A DNA stretch of 64,000 bases from the NCBI RefSeq assembly GCF_964204645.1, contig NC_134027.1, forward strand, positions 15,842,485-15,906,484. Direction: 5' to 3'. Position 1 is the first letter of the stretch. Each line of letters begins with the position of its first letter. Source of the stretch: Tubulanus polymorphus (taxonomy: Eukaryota > Animalia > Nemertea). The position numbers were made by a program, and so were the translations under genes. Positions 1 to 12,432 of this stretch are shown piece by piece. The notes beneath the pieces were generated by a model. The model was not told the DNA's origin. It did not search any database and worked only from the letters and a program-made list of their open reading frames with translations.

Positions 1-733
1 CACTATTACACTGCGGCGACCAGACTGCCACAGCAATAAATCTTGGACGATCCTGGATATACCGCACCTGGTGATACCGGGTTATTCAAAAGAGGCCGCA
101 CTAAATATAGTTCCAGCTAAGTCAGTGGTACGTATAACTGGAAACAATGAAGATCCTGCGTCTGGTGAGGGGAATGGTAGCTTAGTGCCTCGTGAGCAGC
201 CGGACCAGTCAGTGGAAAGCCCTGGATATACCGGTACCTCAAGTGGTGACTCCCGACAAACAGGATGTAGCTGCACTTCAAGTAGTACCAGCTGAAACTG
301 GTGAGAATCCGACGTAGCCCAGAATTTACTATGATGGACAGAAAGACAGACACACGTGACACTGCACAACTCAGGACGATCACAATTCAGGATGGAGGCC
401 TATATTGCGCAGCTCGTGTGAATTCTGCAGTGCAGGCATCTGTACTGCTAGATACTGGCACAGCGGTCACCATCATGAAGACAACAGTGTGGCAAGCTAG
501 CCAGCTGTCAGGTGACTTTGCAGAACTCAGACCACCCAGTACATCTCGCTTTTCCGCGTACCAATGATCATAGCGGATGAGCTGACGCAGGACTGTCTAC
601 TGGGAAGTGACTTCTTTAGCACCTATCGCTGTAACATTGATTACGTGGCTAAAGAGTTATGGTTTGATTTCGCAAGTGTTCCGCTACGACAATGTTCGCA
701 GAGAGCGCATTGCTGTAGAATCTTTACGAAAAT
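1..733 (+). pseudogene. Ty3/Gypsy-like LTR retrotransposon fragment (end of gag plus aspartic protease), degenerate
   Basis: ORF 301-567 has LLDTGTAVTI (retropepsin D[ST]G motif) and ORF 564 onward has DCLLGSDF (protease ILGxDF motif). A decayed zinc knuckle YYDGQKDRHT*HC lies near 328-366. Frameshifted, and cut off by a Penelope insertion at 734. Confidence 0.7.
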
Positions 734-1510
734 GGATTTGTTTGTCCGATGCTCTTTGACTCACGTAGCTAGATGTCGTTTAGTTTTTCCTATGTAGGAA
801 ACATTTACATCCCATAAACAATTGAATTTGTATACAACATTAGCCTTAAGGGATTTAGGAGTAGGACATTTCAATGAGAAGAAATTCTTAATCTTTGTGG
901 TAGTGATTGAGATCAATGCAATAATGTTTTTTGAACAAATTTCTGATCTTACGGGCAAATAGTATGGAGGGGTAGCCCACATATGGAATTAAGATAAATT
1001 GAGAAATTTCATCGCGTTCAGTCTGTTTATTACCCAGCGTAAATCTAGAATCCAGAATCCAGCATCGGACAAACAAATCCGCTATAGGACACCATTTAAC
1101 TATCTGTTCCACTTGTAGTCAGGACTTCAATGAAAACAAATTCAAGATTTTAGACAAAGCTAACTCAGACTTTGAATGTACAATCCGAGAGGCTTTGTTT
1201 ATTAAATTAGAAAAGCCGTCATTAAACTTACAATTGTTTCAAAATGGATCCTCATTCATTTTAAATGTATTCTGTTAAACTGGCCTGTCCTGGTTGTTGC
1301 CAGGTTATATTATGTAATCTTCTGCTATTTTAAGCACCTCTGTTGACCTGTTTCTGTAAACTTATATCTTAACATACTGTAGTTTTGCATCATTTGTTAC
1401 TTGTCTTGACAAGGGGTATATGTTTACCCAAAAACTTTCAACTTATTCAACATGATTTATATATATGGAAAATGAAACTTTTTGTTCTTTTAAGAATTTT
1501 TAATCTCTCT
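734..1510. mobile_element. Penelope-like element, 5'-truncated with a 5' inversion (734-1060 minus, 1061-1510 plus)
   Basis: Minus strand reads IPYVGYPS...FSLKCPTPKSLKANVVYKFNC...SYIGKTKRHLAT (GIY-YIG). Plus strand continues HRTNKSAIGHHL...FKILDKANSDFECTIREALFIKLEKPSLN...FILNVFC*. Same family as 11100-12432. The 3' pLTR carries a degenerate hammerhead near 1404-1440. Confidence 0.85.
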
Positions 1511-4500
1511 ATTTGATCCAGCAAGCGCGGGAGGACTGGGGTGGGCGGGAACGCATACGCATGCATCCCCGACCAGTCCAGAGAGAAGGCATCGACCCCC
1601 CCACGCTTCCGCGTTTGGAAATGGGGAAACAAACAGAGGACACCTCTGATTGAACCGGTCGGCAAACAGATCCAGGAGCGGATTGCCAAACATGTCTCGA
1701 ACCCGATCGGCTACTTCTTGGTGGAGAACCCATTCTGTCACAATAGCCTGACCTCGACGAGAAAGAGCATTGGCCATCACGTTCCTTTTCCCTGCTTAAT
1801 GTGCCACAGTCAGGGACACGCCCTTTGTCTGGCACCTAAGAAGAATTTTGGCTGACAGATCCGTGAGGATATCTGAGTGCCCCCTTGATTCTGAAGGTAA
1901 GCCCTCACTGTTGAATTGTCTGTGGCTAACCAAACGTGGTGGCCCTCCACTCTCCTGTGAAAGAACTTCAAGGCCTTCCACACCGCCAGCATTTCCAGGA
2001 AATTTATGTGGTTGGTGGCCTCGTAGCGAGACCATCTCCCGGCTTTGACTTGGTTCTCCCGATGTGCCCCCCACCCTTAGTGACTGGCATCCGTGAATAC
2101 ACGAACTGGAGCCTCTAACGAGACTAGTGACACCCCCCGCCGAAGATTCGTAGTTGTCGCCCACCAATGAAGATCCGGACTTAGATCGGTTGGAGGTACG
2201 GGAATCAAGGTCTCCCAGTTGCCCTTCGACTGGGACCAGAAGACCTTCCAATATTGTTGCAAGCGCCTGCTTCTGAGGCGGCCTATGGGCACCACCAGAC
2301 CCATGGAGCTGATGGAGCATAGAAGCCATGACCAGAAACAAGCTGTTCTCGGGGTTGTGGACACTCCCGCTACAGCTTCTTGAAGTTTGGCTACTCGAGC
2401 CATAGACGGAAAGACTTTGCCGATTCGGAGATCGAAGTCCATGCCCAGATAAGTGAACTGTTGGGCCGGCGTCAACTGAGATTTTTCCTTGTTTATGCGG
2501 AACTCTAGCTGATGGACTAAGTCCAAGACTGAGGTCATTGCCTCCCGACATTCTGGAGCAGAGTTCGCGACTATTAACCAGTTGTCGAGGTAAACGAACA
2601 GTCGTATACCCCTTGACTGAAGTACCTTCTGAACGGACGTGACCAACTTGGTGAAAACCCACGGGGCCGTACTAAGGCCAAATGGAAGAGACCTGAATTG
2701 GAACTGGCGGCCTTTCCACTTTATCCTGAGAAATCGCCGAGATTTTGGGAGAATTGGAACCTCAAAGTAAGCATCTTTCAGGTCCAATGAAGCCGCCCAT
2801 TGACCCGGACGGAGCCCTTGAATCACGTCCTTGGGTTTGGTCATCGGGAACCTTGGAATGTCTAGGTGCTGATTGAGGGATGACAGATCTATCACCGTGT
2901 TGACCCCCTGTGGCCTTTGGTACCATGAATATTCGAGAAAACCAGCCGGGAGAAGTTTCGTTGCAAACTGGTTCTATCGCCAATTCCTTGAGATCCGGAG
3001 AGATTAAGGCCTCCTGACCTGGTTTCCGCCGCATGTCGGGAGGTGACCTCGTCAGGCGCGGTCGCCTTAGGAAGCGGAGACGGTAGCCATGAGAGACGAC
3101 CCGGGAGGGCCAACCATCTCTGAAAAGGTCGGACCAGTGGGTGCCTGCTGCAGACAACCTCCCACTGGTCCTGAGAATTCATTTCGAGTTTTTCCAAAAG
3201 GAAGAGCCCCTTTTTGGAGCCTTCCCCTTGCCCCGATACGAACCGGAACTGTTACGACTGGATGAGGCTTGACGTGATTGTTGAAGTTGCGCGCTAGTTT
3301 TCCAACCGGCATCCGTAGCCGCCTGAGAAAGCGCTAAGTTTGAGTTGGTCCTGTTTGTGTCCGTGCCGAACCTTGCACCGCCGGCGTCTGACCCAAATGC
3401 TTTTTCTACGGAGTTCGGACGGTGGACTTGGTCTTGACCTCCCGAATCTTCCTCAGCTCAGCGGAAACAGGAGCGCACCAACCAGAGAAGAAACGTGAAG
3501 ACATGCCGAATGGAGCTCTCAGCAAAAAATTGGACACCATATCCGGTAGACGAGCTTTGGAACTGGAGTCCATAACTGACTGACGGGAGGCTAACACAAG
3601 ATTAGCCTGACCCCGAACCGACAACGGAATTACATGTGAAACAGACCGAGCCAAAGATTGGATAACCCGGTCCATTCCCTCCAGTTTTAGGGCAACTGAC
3701 TCTGGGTCGGAGTTGGTGAAACGCATGAACGGCAGCGAGAGTTTCGCGAAACTCACCCGTCAACACCTTTAGTGCCATATCCTGCAACGAACCAACCCTG
3801 GTAAGATTTCCAGGATTGACGTCATGGCCACCACACCGGACTTAGGCAAACGAATACCCGACTGTGCTGAAACAGTATCCGGGCTATTTCCCAGATTTCA
3901 CACCCCGTTCTGGAAGGGGAAACGAAAACCTTCCAGGGCGACATTCACCCCATAATTGCGTATCTAATCGAGCCCATTCTCTTGAAACCGCTGACGATTC
4001 CCGTAAAACATTAAGATCGGAGTCCGGAGGGCGATAAGCTTTCATTGACTTACTGACCAGGGAAGCTGCTGTGGGCTTAGCGCGAGTTGCCATGTGTTTG
4101 ACAAAAAACTCACTCATCATCGCTCTAAATGGCATGTCCCCCGCTGGTTCGGATAAAACTGAACGGGACGGAGATACATTGCGAGCAAGGAAAGTCCCCA
4201 TCGTATGGGGCAACCCAAAATTGCTTGCGACAGGAACGACCCCAAAAGGAATTGCCGCTTCGCGGACCGGATCCTCATTGAAATCAGACCCTCCCCCAGC
4301 ATCCAGGAATTCAGTGTCAGAATTCCGAACAACTGAGTGGGCTGGCGAACTTCTAACCAGACAATCAGGAATAGGCTTACCTGTTGTAGAGGTTGTAGTG
4401 ACTTTTAGAAATTTAAAATTATCTCTTCAAATTCATGGAAATCCTTCTGAGTCAGGATTTCCCCTATCCCGACGATCATGCCGACTTTGGTGACGGTCCC

Positions 4501-4723
4501 TCGAACGGGATCGAGACCTACTAGAAGAATCGCCTTCATCGCTAACCGACGTCGACGAACGATGAGAGGACCGACGGCGAAGCTTCCTGCAATAACGATC
4601 GTAATCCCTCTCGCGATCAAACCTTGATCTGCGAGGAGACCTTGCGCGTTTTTTACGCTCACCACGTCTGGATCTAGTGGGAGAGCGAGCTCTATCCCCG
4701 GAGCGACGATCAGAATCAGACAA
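1511..4723 (-). mobile_element. DIRS-like retrotransposon, degenerate (gag, RT, RNase H, MT; tyrosine recombinase missing)
   Basis: Ser/Arg-rich ORF1 fragments at 3406-4723. RT motifs IDLSSLN, ASLDLKDAYFEVPI, LPFGLSTAPWVFTK, VYLDNW. RNase H motifs VFTDAS, LAVWKALK, TDNSTV. MT motifs LDLFA...DAFSLDW...AYAFPP. Multiple frameshifts. Confidence 0.9.
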
Positions 4724-4907
4724 TTATTTCCTTAATACAACAATACGAATATTACTTTATAGGGAAATGCGTTTATTTCATGAATGAGCTTTCACTATTA
4801 ATAAGTAGTAACTTCATCAGAAGCGCGTTCACACGTTTAGATCGGTCCAATTTGGACAGGACCAAGCATTCACATATGCGAAATGTCTGATCTCGATTGG
4901 TCCGAAT

Positions 4908-5950
4908 GTAGGAAAAATTCCCCCGAGTAAAAACATCCCCTAGATAAAAATCCCTAAATATTCACACTTGGTGATTTTGGTAATTTTCAAGAACATTTCA
5001 AAGCAAAATGTTTCTCCAATTTCATTCACTTGCAATGAAATTGAAATAAATTTGAACTGTACAATGAAATCTTGTATTGGGATAAGTTCTTAAGTAAATT
5101 GTAACAATCAAATAAATTGTAAGAATTGATATAATAGTAATGAACTTTTGATCTTAAATAATGAACTTTTTTTATTTCTAATATCTTGAAATTTATTCTT
5201 AACTGTGAATGCTTGATAACTGGTGGTGTATTTCAGGTGTGGGATGCCATGAATTATTAGAAATAATGAATCTTTTATTCGAAATATTTTAGATTGAAGC
5301 TAGTGTAATATATTTGAAATGTGCGATGAACGCTTTCATTAAGCTGTGCCATAACTTTAAGTACTAATTTAGTATTAATGAACTATCAATTTATAGTATG
5401 TATTAATCTAAATAGTATATACTATAGTTTATATGCTCAGGTTGTAGGTAAAGTTCCCCTGGGTAAAAATCCCCGTGGTAAATATCCTCAAATATTCAAA
5501 GTAGGTAAAAGTCCCCACTCGTTGATTTTTAAGAACATTTAAAAACAAGATGTATCTCCAATTCTATTCATTTGCAATGAGACTGAAATATGTTTGTACT
5601 GTGTAATGAAATCTTTCGTTGCAATAAATTCTTAAGTAAACTCTTAAAATAAAAAAGAATAATAAACTTTTCATTTGTAATATCTTAAAGTTCGACCTGG
5701 AATATTTTTGAACTGTGAACTCTTATTAACTTTTGGTACTAGTTTTGAGCTGTGCGATGCCATGAATTATTAGAAATTATGAACTTTTGATTTGAAATAT
5801 TTCAGATTCAGGCTAGTGTAATTATTTGAAATGTGTGATGAACGCTTTCATTAAGCTGTGCGATAACTTTAAGTACTAATTTAGTATAAATGAACTGTTA
5901 ATTTGTAGTATGTTTTAATAGTATATTATAGTATAGGCCTAGTATATATT
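4908..5950 (+). repeat. Two tandem copies of an approximately 535-bp unit at the left end of the MULE element
   Basis: Units start gtaggaaaaattccccc (4908) and gtaggtaaagttcccct (5443) and share long blocks such as gatgccatgaattattagaaa and aacgctttcattaagctgtg. Both contain short (g)gtaaaaatcccc repeats like Mutator subterminal motifs. Confidence 0.8.
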
Positions 5951-5959
5951 TTCTATTCA

Positions 5960-8900
5960 TCACAGTTGTACAAACTGGTCTGATGGGAAACATAATTTGA
6001 CAATAATTTTACAATAGAGGAAGATCTGTCACTCAGACAAATTTTCGATGAAGAATCTAGAAGAATTGATGTCTGGGACCGAATAACTTTCTGCGACATA
6101 AAGAGTGGAATGTATAAAGGACGGAAATTAAATCAACCTGCGTTGCCAAATACATTGGAGGTATTGCCCGCTTGCACACAATGTTCACAATGAGATGGCT
6201 GATGGTACTCCATTTTTTTGCAGTGTGGTTGATGCTGGTGCCGATGGATTTGCGATGATATTTGCTAGTGATGCACAGATCCGACTACTCACTGGCAGAG
6301 AATCAGTCAGTATGGATGCAACCTTCAAAATAGTCCCGCAGATGTTTTATCAAATGTTCACTGTTTTCGTTACCCTTTTCCCGACAATTTTTGGACTAAT
6401 GACTCGAAAGACTGAGGCGCTTTATAAAACAGTTTTTGATCACCGGAGATTTTAGTTCTGTCATTGGTTCCAATGTTGGTGTCAAACAAGGTTGTGTACT
6501 TAGTCCCATCCTTTTTAATTTATTTATAAGTGATCTTCCCCTTATCTTTGACAAATGAAACCCGGTTTCCTTATATGATGTAGACATAAACTGCTTACTT
6601 TAAGCCGATGACCATGTCATTATTAGCAAATCCCAATCTGGTTTACAGTGTGCCCTTAATAAACTGGCCCTTTATTGTAATACGTGGGGTCTATCTGTTA
6701 ACCTTGCCAAAACTAAAATAACTATATTCAATAAGGGGGGTCGGATCATAAGCAAACTTTCTTTCTTCTATTCAGGTTCTCCAATTGAAATTGTCAACAG
6801 CTATTGTTATCTAGGTATCACATTCACTCCTTCTGGTAAATTCAATAATGCATGTTACCTCCTGCTTGAACGCGCTTCTAAAGCCCTATTTAAATTAAAA
6901 ACTATTAACATCAGAGATTGTGTCCCTACTGCATATTTTCTCATTAAACAGCCTAATCAATCCCATTATCGGTTATTGTACTGAGGTCTCGTGTTCCTTC
7001 TTTGTTTCCAAGCTGGAACCCTCTAATCTTTATAACACCTGTAACTCTCTGCCCTGCAAAAAGCTTTATCTGAACTTTGGCAAAAACCTACTTAGTGTCA
7101 ACAAAAGGTCCGTTAATACGGCTGTTCGCGGCGACTTAGGCCAGTTCCCCTTGCTCATATATTCCCCTGATGGTTAAATTTTGGTTTCGCCTCTGTAAAT
7201 TGAATCCCGCCTCATTAGTGTATAAATCCTATCTGGACTGTGTGCAATGTATGGACACACTCCCAAATTGGTGTTCGGGCATTTTCTCAATACTAAAATC
7301 ATTTGATCTTCATGGTGTTTGGTCTAATCATGGCTCCAACCACCCCAATAAAATTTTTAAGCTGCTCCAGTCTAAAATGTATCTTTTACATTCTTCATCG
7401 TGGCTATTTTGAATCACCGACAGTAATTCCAACCCCAAATTAAGAACTTATAAACTTTTTAAAAAACGCTTTGAACTAGAAAAATATATAGTTTCGAACT
7501 CTTTCCTTAAAAGACGCAAATTTTCCAAACTGCGTCTCGGTTCCCATCGGCTTAGAATCGAGACGGGGTGTCACTGTCGTCCATTTTTACCAGCCAATGA
7601 GAGTTTTTGCCTCTACTGTACTGATAATAAAGTCGTTGAGGACAAATCCCACTTTTTACTAGAGTGTCCCTCGCTTCATCCTGGCAGAGTTTCCATTTTG
7701 TCCTCACTTGTATGTTTCACAGAGTTTGAGTCTTTTTGTGTTTATGATAAATTCTTATTTTTGATGTCTTATAACAACAGAGACTATGAAATTGCCAACC
7801 TTGTGTGTAACCTAGTTAACTTGTGTGTAACCTAGTTATTTGCCCTCCGTTCAACACTTTGATTCTTTTTATATTCTATTCACTTGATTGTATCGCCACC
7901 TAGTTACCTTGCTGTAGTATTATATTTTGTTTTACATTTCACATATTTTATTTGCAAATATTCTCTATTCCTATGTAATCCATTATAAATGTATGTCCAC
8001 TTTTGTACTGTTTTCCCTGTGTTTTGATGTTGATATTTTATTGCATGTCATTTCTTATGTAACTTGTATATTATATGGAGCAATAAAATTAAAGTTCAAG
8101 TTCAAGTTCAAGTTCAAGATCGATTTGGTAGCTCCTGCATTTAGACCAGACCATATTATGGCTGATTTCGAACAAGCATAGACCAACGCAATTAAAAGAA
8201 CATCTCAGTTTCTGGTTGCTGGTTCCACTATGCACAGGCAGTTCTACACCGACTTCAAAATCTTGGATTGATTGTTTCTTTTCGTACGGATCAAATCTTG
8301 CGCGAGACAGTACAGAAAACAATGTGCTTGCCACTTCTGCTTGCAGAATCGATTGCAGAGGACTCCAGTCGATAAAACTGGATACCCCCAAAGTTGTACG
8401 TAGGCAACTCAATCAGTTTTTCATCTCTTTAGATATTAGTATTGGATTAACAGGATTGGTGTGAATCGGATATCAGTTAATGGTTGTACCGAAAGAACCA
8501 ACAACGGTGTCGACATTTTTCACGCTTCCCTTAGAAAAAAGTTGGGTATTCATCCCAATTTATTTGTTTACTTGAACAATCTAAAGAAAATTGCGGTTAG
8601 ATTCAGAAATGAAACTCCCGTCTTCAGCGTGGACTAGAAATAAGACAGCCGCGTAAACGTAAAGTAGTGTTAACGGATAACGTGATAAAATTGTGCACGA
8701 AGACTTTCGAGTGGACATTATTCTATTGTCGAATTTCTGAATGCCACACGACATGTGATTGGAGAATATGCTAATCCCGATAACTGGCTACAAGACATCA
8801 ATTCCGACAATGAGAATGATGATGGGGGCAACAAGTTTAATAATGAAAGTGATCATGATGAAAGTGGCAATGATGACCTTGATGATGAAGATTTGCCAGA

Positions 8901-9141
8901 GTTGGCTGAGGAACCAATTGTGGAATATCCTCCTCATGCAAATGAGCCAACAGTACCCGTTATAATTAAAGAACTAATGTGCGTTATTTGTTTGACCGAA
9001 CCACGGGAACGCCTTGCATTGGTGCCATGTGGACATATGCTGTTCTGTTCAGTATGCGTAGACAGGTTGATCAAGATAAGAGGTGCTATCTGCCCTGTCT
9101 GTCGTTCAGAAATTATGATGAAGATAAATTTATACCAATAG
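5960..9141 (+). pseudogene. Mutator/MULE transposase pseudogene with C-terminal acidic linker and C3HC4 RING finger, split by a LINE
   Basis: 6195-6443 reads IFASDAQIRLL..MDATFKIVPQMFYQMFTV..FGLMTRKTEALYKTVFDH. After the LINE it resumes IDLVAPAFRPDHIMADFEQA, GCWFHYAQA, RTNNGVDIFHASLRKKLGIHPNLF, GHYSIVEFL. ORF 8755-9141 has CVICLTEPRERLALVPCGHMLFCSVCVDRL...CPVCR. Confidence 0.85.
6444..8118 (+). mobile_element. 5'-truncated non-LTR retrotransposon (RTE-X-like), degenerate
   Basis: RT motifs GVKQGCVLSPILFNLFI, ADD and WGLSVNLAKTK. C-terminal LRIETG...FCLYC...VEDKSHFLLECP. AT-rich 3' UTR, AATAAA at about 8082 and a (TTCAAG)n tail to 8118. The clade assignment is tentative. Confidence 0.8.
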
Positions 9142-11099
9142 AAATTTGGTATGAACAATTCCAAATTAAGAATGGAAAGATAGAAAAAAAACAAGAAATG
9201 ATATTCTTAATATGGACTTTGCTAAATCTACATGAGTGTATGTTTAATCAGCATCAAAATCAAACATAGGTACTCTAGATTAGAGATTATAAGCAGAACA
9301 AATGAAAAATAGTGAAAACTATTGGATTGAATTCAAATGATGGGAGAAGAATAACTTTTTAGACAATTAGATCCAAAATAAGGACGGAAAATATCAAGAA
9401 AAAAATGTCTTTTCCGAATTATGAATGGAAATGCATAGGCCTACCTATCTTCGGCAGAATTTCAGAGGATCCGTGCTCCAAGTAATCAAAAACGCCTAAG
9501 ATATCCCCTTTGATAGAAGTTTTCTTGAAAATCTGTCTATTGATACGATCTCCATCGCACACAACTGCATGACGATTCATCATGAATATTCATGGTAGCG
9601 GGTTTTCACCACTGACTCAAATAGATACTCTCCACGTTCATGGCGTGATGATTTCTATACACTTTGTACGAAGTTTGTTAGACAATTTATTTTCGTAAAT
9701 TGAACAATTTCCAATTTTACTGCCCTTCAATAAAATTCACTACTTTTCACGGCCAGCCGCGACGAACTCTGGCAGTTGAATCATTTGCAGTTTCCAGGAA
9801 AACTTTAACTAGGCAATGCGCGAAGCGCGCTTTTCTCATACATGCACAGATCAGTACATCAAATAGCAGCGAGTCTGTAACGAGCATGTGTGAAACATGG
9901 ATATACGTAAAAGGGCATGTGTTCTTCTGAAAAGATATGTAGTTCCACCAACAAAAAAATAACTCACTTGATAAATAAGAACCGAATCCGATGAAATTCA
10001 ATAGGGTTAGAGCTTTTATTACTGCATTGAATGTTTTAAAAGTTCCAAAACATAAAAACTAAGCCTCGTTTGGAAGTTATTTTGTACCAAACGAACAAAG
10101 TCTTATATGCCATAACAAAATGGACTTTGCTAAAGCGAAAGTCCATAAAAATTGAATGAACATCTGCAGTGGTGGTGGTTTTTTGGAAATAACTTATGCA
10201 ATCGCTAAAACTTACGCCGTTGCAAATTCATACTTACATTGGGAAGTGGGGCCATGTCGTCGCATGTGCATATGTATTATGTCGTCACATTAAGATATGT
10301 CGCGTTCCATACTCTTCGCACATTATCAGCGTGAGCTTTATTGGATTTTTCCTACTCGATGCCAAATGAATTCGTGATCAAGCATTGGTATTATAATTAT
10401 TTTCATCATAACTGTAATCATTTAAACATAATCAAGATATAAAACAATTATCTAACCTTCAATCGGCACAGCTGTGCGGTACCCGGCAAGGTAAACACAC
10501 CTACTAAGACAAGATTTCAACAGTAGTCAGATCATATCCATCCAATAAGCCAATCACGATATTTTGGGTAAAAAAAAATCTGAGGCTAGAAAATCGGCTC
10601 ATTAGCCGGAAAATACGGTATCAGTACTTTCCCATGCCTCTAGACACTGCATGCTGATCAATGCACTATGCATAAAAAGCATGTGATATAAAATAAGTGG
10701 GGATACTTTGAATACCATAAATATCAACATGAAACTTTTAAAGATAACAGCAACATCAAAATTAGTTTTTTTTTACTCCAGGAAAATTGTGCTCCACAAG
10801 GAAGTTTGTGAATAATGTTTCAGCGCGGATAAATCCCAGATCAGAGTCATTATAGTCGTTGGCCTTGAAAAAGGTTGTCATTTTTTGTCATGTTTATTTG
10901 TTCGGCACATGTACCTTTTACATCGTTTATTTCCCCCATCAGCTCACAGGGGCTTGTAAACTGGTTTGGATTTTATTTCCGGGTTGTTGATAATCTCGTG
11001 AGAATGTACGAGAATTACTATAAATCGTTAATAAATGTAGAAATCACTCTGAGGCCACACAAAGAAATAACCTAGTTTCTCATCAGATTTTTTTTCTGG

Positions 11100-12432
11100 A
11101 AAGTGACTTGATGGTGTAACCATGGGCAGCCCATTAGGCTCTACTTTAGCTAACTTCTGTCTGGCACATTTTGAGAATTTACTATTGACTGATTGCAAAT
11201 TCAAACCCACATTGTACCTTAGATATGTTGATGACATTTTCTGTATTTTTCGAATCAACTCTAACTACAATTCATTTTTTGATGCATTAAATACTATGCA
11301 TCCCAATCTGAAATTCACTTTTGAACTTGGCCCGAACATTTTACCCTTTTTAGATACTCTCATTCAAGCTCCGACTGACACTGGCAGTACTAATTTCATC
11401 TCACGCGTCTATAGAAAAGCTTCTAATACTGAATTACTTTTGAACTTTAATGCAATGTGTCCTTACAAATGGAAAACTGGTCTTATCAACACGATGCTTT
11501 TTCGTGCATACAATATATGCAGCAATTGGAACATTCTTTCGGAAGAATTTGATTTTTTAAAGAAATTATTCAACCTTAATGGTTTTCGTAGCCATGTTTT
11601 TGATCACTGTGTTAAAAAATTTCTCGACTCTAAATTCATTACCCAGCCTAAAACCGTCGATGAGAATAAATTTTCTCTTTTCATTTCCATACCGTATGTG
11701 GGTTTCCCGTCTATTCTATATGCTCAAAAATTAAAGAAACTGTTTGAAATTCGAAATAGACCTTCAATGCTCGTTCGTAACCACTAAGATTAAGAATTTC
11801 TTTTCACTTAAATGTCCGACTCCTAAATCCTTGAAAGCTATGGTTGCCTACAAGTACACTTGTTCATGTGATATAAACGCTGCCTATATAGGTAAAACAA
11901 AAAGACACCTAGTAACAAGAGTTAAGGAGCACAAACTTAAGACTTCAGCAATTGGCCAACATCTGTCAAATTGCCGTGACTGTCTCGTTTAGCGAAAAGA
12001 ATTTCAAAATTTTAGATAAAGGTTCTTCTGATTTAGATTGCAAAATTAGAGAAGCACGTTTTATCAAAACTCAACAGCCCACCCTTAATCAAAAACTATT
12101 CGATCACGGGTCAGGATTCATTCTCAATGTTTTTAGATAATTTACTACTAGTCAAATATCTTCACTCAGTAATTTAGATTGTGTGTAATTAATTATCTTC
12201 GTATTGCAATTATCTTGTCACTCAGTAATTTGAAATTGTTTGTAATTAGCTTCGTCTTATTCTATATACATACCAGTGTGATATGTAAATTTAATCACTT
12301 GCGCTATGCCTGAAGAGGGGATAATGTAACTCCCGAAAACGTTTGCTTAAATAAATATATATTACTCATTAGAAAATGAGATTTGTACTCTTTTTGCATC
12401 TTTGGATTTTGAATTATCTAGACTCTCTACCT
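11100..12432 (+). mobile_element. Penelope-like element, 5'-truncated (RT C-terminus, GIY-YIG endonuclease, pLTR)
   Basis: ORF 11122-11787 has MGSPLGSTLAN, YLRYVDDIF, LPFLD, VYRK. Frameshifted ORF 11744-11992 has VAYKYTC...AYIGKTKRHLVTRVKEH. ORF 11952-12140 has FKILD...IREARFIK..QPTLN. Confidence 0.9.
12308..12346 (+). ncRNA. Minimal hammerhead ribozyme motif in the Penelope pLTR
   Basis: gc-CTGAAGA-g-GGGA(taatgtaac)TCCC-GAAA-acgttt-gc: conserved CUGAnGA and GAAA core around a stem II. Confidence 0.65.

Noticed and set aside
8755-9141. Stand-alone host RING E3 ligase gene
   Set aside because: The ORF start is a GTG within sequence that continues upstream as MULE transposase, with no independent start or exon structure.
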